Positions 53,791 to 64,000 of a stretch of DNA of 64,000 nucleotides are shown one piece after another. Origin of the DNA: Octopus vulgaris. Lineage: Eukaryota. The notes beneath the pieces were generated by a model. It saw only the letters and a program-made list of their open reading frames with translations, did not search any database and was not told where the DNA came from. The position numbers and the translations under genes are program-made. The DNA lies in assembly GCA_951406725.2 (NCBI GenBank), contig OX597814.1, positions 176,142,001 through 176,206,000 on the forward strand, written 5' to 3'. Each line of letters begins with the position of its first letter. Within the stretch, counting starts at the first letter, position 1.

Positions 53791-53865
<75 letters not shown>

Positions 53866-53868
<3 letters not shown>

Positions 53869-54275
53869 CGCAGGAGTGGCTGTGTGGTAAATAGCTTGCT
53901 AACCAACCACATGGTTCCGGGTTCAGTCCCACTGCGTGGCATCTTGGGCAAGTGTCTTCTGCTATAGCCCCGGGCCGACCAATGCCTTGTGAGTGGATTT
54001 GGTAGACGTAAACTGAAAGAAGCCTGTCGTATATATGTATATATATATAAGTGTGTGTGTATATGTTTGTGTGTCTGTGTTTGTCCCCCTAGCATTGCTT
54101 AACAACCGATGCTTGTGTGTTTACGTCCCCGTCACTTAGCGGTTCGGCAAAAGAGACCGATAGAATAAGTACTGGGCTTACAAAGAATAAGTCCCGGGGT
54201 CGATTTGCTCGACTAAAGGCGGTGCTCCAGCATGGCCGCAGTCAAATGACTGAAACAAGTAAAAGAGTTAAGAGT
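53866..54275 (+). mobile_element. Full-length SINE family A
   Basis: Complete match; shares variants (CACTTAGC, CTGGGC, CCCGGGG) with the 11200-11560 copy. Confidence 0.93.
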
Positions 54276-54295
54276 ATATGGAGAGAGAGAGAAAG

Positions 54296-54374
<79 letters not shown>

Positions 54375-54421
54375 CAGATATACTTATATATATACACACA
54401 CACATATATATATATATACAT

Positions 54422-54940
<519 letters not shown>

Positions 54941-55643
54941 ATGTATGTATGTATGTATGTATGTATGTATGTATGTATACAAACACGCGCACACATATAT
55001 TGGCTTCAAATTTTGACATAAGGCCAGTAATTTGTGGGGAGGGGCAAGTTAATTACATCGACACCTGCGCTCAAGTGTTACTTATCTTATCGTAACCGAA
55101 AGGACGAAAGGCAAAGCCAACCTCGGCGGAATTTGCACTCAGAACATAAAAAGAAAACGAACGAAATGCTCCCAGCGATTTTGCCAGCTCATCGGATAGA
55201 ACATCTCACGGGTTTTATCCCGATTCTCTGCGCTGCGTTTTGAGTTCAAATCCCACCGATGTCAACTTTATTTTTCGTCCTTTCGAGGTTGACGAAATAA
55301 TGCCAAACTAGCGCATTGACTGCCGGAATTATTAGAGGGTGAAACAATATGCTTTGCAATGTCGGTTTTGGCTCTATTTGTTTTCTGACAACTGCTGCCA
55401 CGACACCGTGCCAGGATGTAAAGGTCTTTGTCAGTGGCCTTTCTCTGGGATAAACATAGGTGGCATGAAGAGGGGAGAGTTGTAAGCATGTGTATATTAG
55501 TTTTAAAGGTATAAGTGTGATTTAAGGATGTAGGGTTTCATGTTAGCCTTCCGTAAAATAAATCTTGCCTGCACATGCGTTCGTCCTTCCCAGAGACTCA
55601 TACGTGATAAGCTGCGAGCGTCGTACATCCTGCATCGCTATTT

Positions 55644-55735
<92 letters not shown>

Positions 55736-55961
55736 TGTGAGTGTGTGTGTGTACACGTGTGTTTTGCTATTAGTCGTAAAGCTACATAAGCGATTTAATA
55801 ACATAGGATCTCATGCACAGGACTTCAAGAACGTGTGCTGTCGAACTTAGGACAGTGTTGAGTGCAAAGGTCACATCATCTACAAACACGAAAGGAGAAA
55901 GGAAAGAAGGAAGGAAGGGATGAATAGATAGATAGTTAGACAGACAGACAGACAGACAGAC

Positions 55962-56027
<66 letters not shown>

Positions 56028-56776
56028 GCAGACAGACAAACAGTGGGGGACTGAGAGAGAGAAAATTGGAAACCTTGAAAAATATTTTTATTCGAACTTC
56101 ATATGAAATGTTTCGTCAACGTCCATCCATCTACTGAGGATTTCGTAATTATTTCGAAAATTAAGCAAAGGCTCTAAGCTAAATACTGTTGTATGTTTCG
56201 TATATTTATATCACTTCTTTCATGACATACTAACAGAATATTGCACTTCCTATGCTACTAAAATCCTTTTTTTTTATAAACATCGGTTTACTTGGGTGTC
56301 ATAGCGGACATAATGTATGTAAACGCCTATAACGAGAAACCGCGTGTATGTGAGTGTGTGAGAGAGAGAGAGAGAGAGAGAGGGAGAGGCAGACAGACAG
56401 ACAGACAGAATGGGACAAGGTTGACTCTTTGAAATACAGAAACTACTCATTTTTACCTGCTGAGTGGACTGTAGCAACGTGAAATAGAGTGTCTTGCTCA
56501 AGGACACAACGCATCACCGGTAATCGAACTCATGACTTTAGGATCATTAGCCGAATACCTTAACCAAAGGCAAAGTCGCCCCCAGCGGCATTTGAACTCA
56601 GAACCTGAAGACGGACGAAGTGCCGCTAAGCATTTTTCCCTGCGCGCAAACGATTCTGCCATCTCTCTTCTTTATGACATTATTAGTATTCCCACTTACT
56701 TAACTATGATTTACTTGTCTTCACTGAGTGTGTATCATTATGCCTAACTATAAGTCACTTGAAACATTATCATTAT

Positions 56777-56938
56777 AGGCGCAGGAGTGGCTGTGTGGTA
56801 AATAGCTTGCTTATCAAGCACATGGTTCCGGGTTTAGTCCCACTGCGTGGTACCTTGGGCAAGTGTCTTCTACTACAGCCTCGGGCCGACAAAGCCTTGT
56901 GGGTGGATTTGGCAGACGGAAACTGAAAGAAGCTCGTC

Positions 56939-56981
<43 letters not shown>

Positions 56982-57186
56982 TATATTTGTCCCCGCAACA
57001 TCGCTTGACAACCGATGCTGGTGCGTTTACGTCCCCGTAACTTAGCGGTTCGACAAAAGTGACCGATAGAATAAGCACTATGCTTACAAAAAATAAGTCC
57101 TGGGGTCGATTTGCTCGACTAAAGGTGGTGCTTCAGCATGGCCGCAGTCAACGACTGAAACAAGTAAAAAGAATAAATAAAAAGAA
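56777..57186 (+). mobile_element. Full-length SINE family A
   Basis: Complete match with internal (TG)n. Confidence 0.92.
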
Positions 57187-57274
57187 TACTTTATTCTTAT
57201 TTATATTCAATATCTTTTGAATAGCATTTCTCTTACATACTTCCATGTATGTGTGTGTGTGCGTGCGCGATTGC

Positions 57275-57324
<50 letters not shown>

Positions 57325-58335
57325 AAGTGAATATATTTGGGTTAAAATTAAAACCTTTTAAGACTTGACTTCGCCTGCCGACTGTCTTGATATAGTTAAT
57401 CGTTTTAAATATATTTAGGTATCTGTGTATGCATACATGTGTACGTACACTCTGTATATGCGTATAAAGCATAAATGTATCATGTATGTATAGATTTATG
57501 CGTATAGTATATGTGAGTAAATATATATAGGTGTGTGTTAGTATGTGTGAGTGTGTACTGGAAAGGAGAAGACGGATAGAAAAATTGAAATTTTATGAAG
57601 AAAAAAAACAAAAAAAGTACAGAATTGTATTTGATAGAATCAATAAATATATTTTGTATCTCTTAGAATTATTCGCTGTTAAACTTAGCAATATGTCTTA
57701 GCTATCTACGTGTATGTGTGTGTGTATGTGTGTGTGTGTCTGAGAGAGTGTGTAAGGTGCATATGTACGGGTATGTGTGCGTGCATGCTTGGGTGTGTTT
57801 GTGTATATGCGCGCGTGAGAGAGAATGTGTGTGGTATATGTGTACTTGTGTGTGTATGTGAAAGTGTGTGTGTTTTGTTCTGTGATTTTCGACAGATACT
57901 CCAATGGCTTCTACTGCCCAGTTCTTGTTGCACTTGTTCCTACAGAGTAGTTTCATCAGCTGGTATGCCAACATAATTTTTTTTAATTAATATTAACATA
58001 TTAACGAATTGCCAGTGCGATTCAGTACTGTGATACGATATCATCTATACTTACGGTTGCTCCCATTTATTTATGCTCAGAAGATATATCAGATCCCGGT
58101 TGCCTGTTCCTCCCTCTCTAAGAACGTCCCCTTCTCAACTCTCCACGTTATACACGTTTTACTTGCAACTATCGACTTGCAATTTGCCGTGGATTACTGA
58201 TACCTATTCGATACCAGTAATCCCGGAGAGCCTGCGACTGACATGGACGCAGCCCATATCATATCTCTCGACCGACTCAATGAAAAAGGAAGCGCTATTA
58301 TGTTTGCAAGTAGTAGTATGAAGAAATTAAAAGTA

Positions 58336-58840
58336 CCGTAAATCCTCGAGTATAGTCCGCCCTTGAGTATAATACGCAGTGGATTTTTAGGGGGCTGTAC
58401 TGCTGAAAAACCTAAACCTTGTGTATAATACGCACCCCTTCTCTAACTTGAGTCGTACGTAATTAAACCAGCAGCACCTAGTCGAACAAACACTTCCGTG
58501 CATGCGTAATACAATAATGGTGATGTTCTTAACTGTTATATGGGAATGTAAATGTTTGCAAATTGTTTTTGTTACATGATATTCTGTGTTCTGAATACTT
58601 TTATTTTAATAAATGTTGCTTACTGCAAGTTATGGATGATTATTTTATGACTTCATTGTTTTCATCCTTAGCTTAAGGTATTTTCGTGTCCGACATCACA
58701 AAATGCGTCGGACAGCAAATAGAGACACGGACATTGCTTAGAAAATATTTTTCATGTTTAACCTCGTATATAGTACGCACTGAGGATTTTGACCTTTAAA
58801 TTTTGGGGGGGAAATGCGGATTATACACGAGGATTTACAG
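58336..58840. mobile_element. MITE, Tc1/mariner-pogo type, TA TSD (second copy)
   Basis: TA|CCGTAAATCCTCGAGTATA ... TATACACGAGGATTTACAG|TA; collinear with 22753-23212. Confidence 0.9.
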
Positions 58841-59784
58841 TAACAACATGTTGAGTTAAGTAAATATGATTATTATAAATAATGTTGACGATTTTTCTAT
58901 TATATGAAGCGTTTGCACAACGGAGTCGCTTATCAGCTGATATGCCAAAGGAGAATTTTTTTTTAAATATTAAACGAATTGTCATTGCCGTTCAGTGTTA
59001 TGATACGATATCATATACACTTATAGTTGTTTCCATTTATTTATACCCAGAAGATATATCAGATTCATGTTCAGTTCTGTAGTTTACCGAGTAAAATTTG
59101 TTTTCATGGCAACATTTTGACAATATCTATTTCCATTTGTTTTTAAAGTATCGGTTTGTTTGGCTATTACATGGCTTCCTCTGTAGCTAGTTCTTGCTTC
59201 ATTTTTGTCGAGCGTATTGGATAATGCATCCGTCATTAGATTGACAGACATATCTAAGATAAAACTGCACCAAATGTAGATTATCAATGTGGAATACGGT
59301 TTTTAAAGCTGCCTTCGCTCATATCGATATAAAAGGTTTGACTTTGTTTTTTGGGTTTTTTTTTTTCCCTTTCTCCCCTTCAGTTTTTACTTTCGCTTTG
59401 GTTTAGCATTTTCCATTTGGAAACAGGTTTCCTTTGTCCTGAAATTGTATTTGGTTGGCTGGATGTGATTCTGGTGGATCTTTAATGTTTACCCGTTATT
59501 ATGCTGCCAATATCTTCGTACTATTGTAAATGACCCTGAGATTGTGTTCAGTAAACGTTTTGTTGGATGATCTAAAGTGATATTTGATTAAGGCTATTCC
59601 TGAGTGTATCTGATGCTATACTACGGTACTGCGTGATGTATGTATATACATAGTGTATGTATTTACTTATATATGCATAGAGACAAAAATGCATGAACAC
59701 ATACATAAATGCATGCTTACATGCATAAACACAGTCACACACACATGCAACACAACACACGCACACACAAACACACACACATGT

Positions 59785-59894
<110 letters not shown>

Positions 59895-60371
59895 GAAGCA
59901 TACTATCAAGAGATTAATAACTTCGCTTCAAAACCACCTGTTTGCGGGTTGAAGCATCTAAAATAAGTTTGTATTACCACATTATTTGAATGTCCAATGC
60001 CTTGTGAGTGAATTTTTTTTAAATGGTATCATCTACTTCTAGAAAGTAAACTGCAAAAAGCTTCACTGATCAGCTCATGTTGCGTGTTACTTCTAGATGT
60101 TACGTACGGATTGTGAGTGTTATTGGTCGTATTTCGTGGGTAATTCGGTGTAAGATTGTGTGTTATGTGCGTGCGCTGTGTATGTGTTGTATGTACTATT
60201 TGCATACGTTGTATGCGTAGAGAATATGTATATCTTTGTGGGTTAGCTTTGTAGATGTTTTACAATTACAAAGGAAAAGATTGTACACACGCAAGGTCTT
60301 CAAAATGAAATAGGAGTTTTTCATTGACGGAAGTTGAGTAGTGGCTACTGGCATGGATGCACATACAGGAC

Positions 60372-60530
60372 ACGGGCATGACTGCTTGGTAAGAAGTTTG
60401 CTTCCTAACCACGTAATTCTAGGTTCAATCCCTCTATGTGGCACCTTTGGCAAATGTCTTCCACTATAGCTCCGGACCGATCAAAGCCTTGTGAGTGGAC
60501 TTGATAGACGGAAAGTGAAAGAAGCTCGTA
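60372..60530 (+). mobile_element. SINE family A 5' half
   Basis: GGTAAGAAGTTTGCTT...GGCAAATGTCTTC...AAAGCCTTGTGAGTGG. Confidence 0.8.
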
Positions 60531-60590
60531 GTGTGTATGTGTGTATACATACATATACACACACGCACACACGCACACACACACACACAT

Positions 60591-60870
60591 CTGTAGGATG
60601 GGTGAGGGGCAGTTTTGATACCAATCAGTTGATTACCAGGATGCTTATCACTGAGCACTCTAAGAACTAACATTGCACAAATTTTGCGTATGTTCAGATC
60701 TTTATGAACAATTCTGTGTACAGTCACCACACCAACTCCAAGCTATATGTTTATTGTCTGTCTTTATAGACACACAATAGTCTTCATCCAGAAAATTGCG
60801 AATCTTCTCAACCAGCTCTGATGTTCTGACGTTCCTCTTCTTCCTACAATTCTCATCGTCTCTCGTCTAT
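60591..60870 (-). pseudogene. Mariner transposase relic with internal deletion
   Basis: RDDENCRKKRNVRTSELVEKIRNFLDEDYCVSI...GVGVVTVHRIVHKDLNIRKICAMLVLRVL (HTH region and WVPxxL-like), then IKTAPHPSY (HPPYSPDL-like). Confidence 0.8.
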
Positions 60871-61034
60871 GTGCGAGTACATGTCGGAGCGTATGTGTGC
60901 TTGTGTGTATGTATGTGTGCACGCGCGTATGTAAGCTTATATTGCACAATATATATATATATTGTACCTTCCTTCTAATCGACTTTTAAGATAATAGGGT
61001 AAACACAGGTACGTTGTGTGTAATGTTGAAAGGG

Positions 61035-61437
61035 ATAGAGGATGAATGAAAGAAGACAAGGAGGAGGAGGGGAGAAATTAAGAGGATGGAAATGGGGGGA
61101 AGGACAAAGGTATGATGAGAGTGGGGGACGAGTGGTGGCGGATGAACGATGAGGAAGATGAGGGAGCGTACGATGAGGAGAAGAGGATGAGATAGAAAGA
61201 AGGACAGAAGCGAAGAGCGAGAAAGAGATAATAGAGATAAAGATGGAGAGCGGAAGGAATGTGAGTAGGAGTGGGATGAAAGGAAGGAGAACGAGGAGTT
61301 GCAGGGTGGACAGAAGAATATCGGGGGTGGAGGTTAAGACCCGAAAGAATGAAAAGAGGATGAAGAAGGAAAAGAAGAGAAAGTGAGAGGGAAGGAAGTG
61401 GGAGAGAAGAAAAAAGAGGTTTAGTGGAGGAACGGGA

Positions 61438-61488
<51 letters not shown>

Positions 61489-61570
61489 CAGAAGAGGAAG
61501 AGGAAGAAGAAGAAGAAGAAGAAGAAGAAGAAGAAGAAGAAGAAGAAGAAGAAGAAGAAGAGAAGGGAAG
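61035..61570. repeat. Purine-rich low-complexity tract ending in (TAG)n(GAA)n
   Basis: Direct; explains ORF 60975..61574. Confidence 0.9.
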
Positions 61571-61692
61571 GCAAAAGAGACCGATAGAATAAGTACTAGG
61601 CATACAAAGAATAAGTCCTGGGGTCGATTTGCTCGACTAAAGGCGGTGCTCCAGCATGGCTGCAGTCAAATGACTGAAACAAGTAAAAGAGT
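61570..61692 (+). mobile_element. SINE family A 3' end
   Basis: GGCAAAAGAGACCGATAGAATAAGTACTAGG...TGACTGAAACAAGTAAAAGAG. Confidence 0.9.
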
Positions 61693-62640
61693 ATTTAGTT
61701 TCTTTCCCTTGAAAATCATACAAACTCCGTTAAACTTTGGCTTCTAACGCAGTACCCCTGGTTGCGAATATTTAACTAGACTCCAATTTTAATAAAATAA
61801 GTATCCATCATGTACTGGGGGATCATTTCGAATTTTGGTCACGTGTTAAATTAAGGAGCCAATATATATCATGCAATACCATATGGTATGATATAGCAAT
61901 AATTAAAAAAAAAACGTAATCAACAATAAAAAATGAAAAAAGTTAGGTAACAATGTGTGTGTTATAAATAAGGACGTATCTTGGTTGCAAAAATATTGAA
62001 TTAACTATTAGTCTTAACACACGAATCACAAACCAGTAAATTATGAAAAAAAATCTAATATAGTCTAAATCATAGACTGTAATACAGAAAGCCTATTATG
62101 TAATAAAAAAATGTATAGTTTATTAATGGTACTTATTTCATATATCCCGGAGAGATGAAAGCCAGTGTCTATTTCGGTCTTCATTTGAAAATGGAATCGA
62201 GTTTACATAACTGAGATTCTACAGTTCCGTGTTTTACTGTTTCAGTTGCTTTTAATGTTTTCGATAGAATTGATTTTTGTCGCTTCCTAACGCAAAAAAC
62301 TATGTTTTATTCTTATTTATTTTCCTTATTACTGTCGCGCCATCGAAAATTGGGGTCTTTAAAACTGTGCTTCGTTTCTAGCAGTGTATTCTGTTGTTAC
62401 TCTTCATCTGTTACCACCAGAAGTCTCAGCCTCCCTGCAAATATTATCAACCCTGGTGTTCCTCCTCTCACAGAGCCATAATGCGCATGCACGTGCACAC
62501 ACATACACACACACACACATACTCAAACACACACACGCACATTCAAATTTTGTGTTAGAGGCAGCTCAATAATGTAAACGTTATCAATATCACATACGCA
62601 ATGTATGCGTAGTTAAAGATTTATAGCTGCAGTGTTTCGT

Positions 62641-63128
62641 CTAAGGTAGGTTCCTTTAAAGACGTATGGAGTTACAAAGCACATTATACTGCTAGATGAA
62701 AAGAAAATGGCCCCGGAAGTGAATGAAAATGACAGATACCGATGTTCTGTAATCTTTGCTGTTCATTGATACTGTGTACTTGCCTCACTTCCGACACGAG
62801 TACGTAACACCCAAACAGCAGTATATACAAGTTGTGTAAAAATCTATTTGCTGATGTGAAAAAGTGTCGCATAAGTTGAACAAAACAGAAATTTCATGTT
62901 AGAAGCATTAAAATAATGTAAACATTATCAAATTGTATACAGTTTTGGCTGGCTGTTGCGAATTTGTTTCGAACATGAGATGAGAGTACACGACACCAAG
63001 GAGCAGAAAAAACTGTAAAATGTCGGTATCTGTCGTTCTCATTCACTTCTTGAGCGATTCCGTTTTGCCTAGCTTTGATATATATTTTATATTTTACCAT
63101 TTTATATTTTTAAAGGAACCTGCCTTAG
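62641..63128. mobile_element. Old foldback/MITE with terminal and diverged internal inverted repeats
   Basis: CTAAGGTAGGTTCCTTTAAA versus TTTAAAGGAACCTGCCTTAG; internal GAAGTGAATGAAAATGACAGATACCGA mirrored at about 63023-63049. Confidence 0.75.
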
Positions 63129-63180
63129 ATGGAATAGCGCAATTTCAAGCGTTTAACACACATACATTTGTTATATTTTG

Positions 63181-63590
63181 TCTTTTACTTGTTTCAGTCA
63201 TTAGACTGCGGCCATACTGGGGCATCGCCTTGAAGAATTTTTAATCGAATTAATTACCCCCATTACTTAATTTTTCTTTTTCTTTTCTTTTTTTTTTTTT
63301 TTTGCTAAGCCTGGTACTTTTTCTATCGGACTCTTTTACCGAACCGCCAAGTTACAGGGATGTAAACACATCAATACCAGTTATCTAGAGGTGGTGAGGC
63401 ACAAAGACAGACATGCATATATATATGACGAGCTTCTTCCAGTTTCCGTCTACCAAATCCACTCATAAGGCTTTGGTCGGCCCGAGACTATAGTAGAAGA
63501 CACTTGTCCAAAGTGGCACGAAGTGGGACTGAACCCGAAACCATATTGTTTGGAAGTAAGCTTTTTACCACTCATCCACGCCTGTGCCTG
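63181..63590 (-). mobile_element. Diverged SINE family A
   Basis: Reverse complement of family A from tail to head. Confidence 0.85.
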
Positions 63591-63630
63591 TACTTCAAGT
63601 ATGTGAAATATGTGTGTGTGTATGTGTGTG

Positions 63631-63692
<62 letters not shown>

Positions 63693-64000
63693 CACACACA
63701 CACGTTAATATCGAAAAGGGAGAACGAGTGTTCAGCACTGCGTTGGTGGATAAATATTCTTTATTTATGGGTTATCCAGGCTTCTGTTGGTTTCATGTTA
63801 AGAGAGGTATATCGTTTAACAATTATCATACCTGTCGCATGACACACTTGTGTTCGTCTCCATCTTAGATGAAAATACCATGATGTCATATCTATCAAAT
63901 GTTAGCTCAAAAATTAAAATGTGGAATAATAACTAATTGCAATGATTTTTATATAATTTAATTTGAAGTATAACAATACTTAAAGTTCATTAAAAAAACG

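Noticed and set aside
59084-59300. Minus-strand YVCQSNDGCII resembling a nuclear receptor second zinc finger
   Set aside because: Stop follows at once, with no downstream CxxCR and no first finger.
60975-61574. 199-aa hydrophobic ORF
   Set aside because: Reverse strand of a purine-rich low-complexity tract and (TAG)n(GAA)n.

Overview
AT-rich, repeat-dense animal genomic DNA (intronic or intergenic); the SINE families and microsatellite load resemble an octopus-type cephalopod genome, which is my inference and not a database result. I can support no intact protein-coding gene, and almost all ORFs in the track are microsatellite or SINE artefacts. The window holds about 20 whole or partial copies of a tRNA-derived SINE with an internal microsatellite, a second SINE with a Meta-domain-like core (including a trimer inside one target-site duplication), two further tRNA-derived SINE types, decayed LINE pieces (L1/Tx1-like, CR1-like, R4/Dong-like), a mariner transposase relic, two non-autonomous Helitrons, TA-TSD MITEs, and GGAT...ATCC elements with 8-bp TSDs that carry internal telomeric repeats. 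The most interesting signal is a set of short non-coding elements embedded in (TA)n tracts that carry minimal type I hammerhead ribozyme motifs. One has a fully canonical core (30880-30962, minus strand) and two families carry the same core substitution in both of their copies. They look like non-autonomous Penelope-like or retrozyme-like elements, and some are nested in the internal microsatellite of the SINE. All structures were read by eye, so ends of decayed repeats are approximate.
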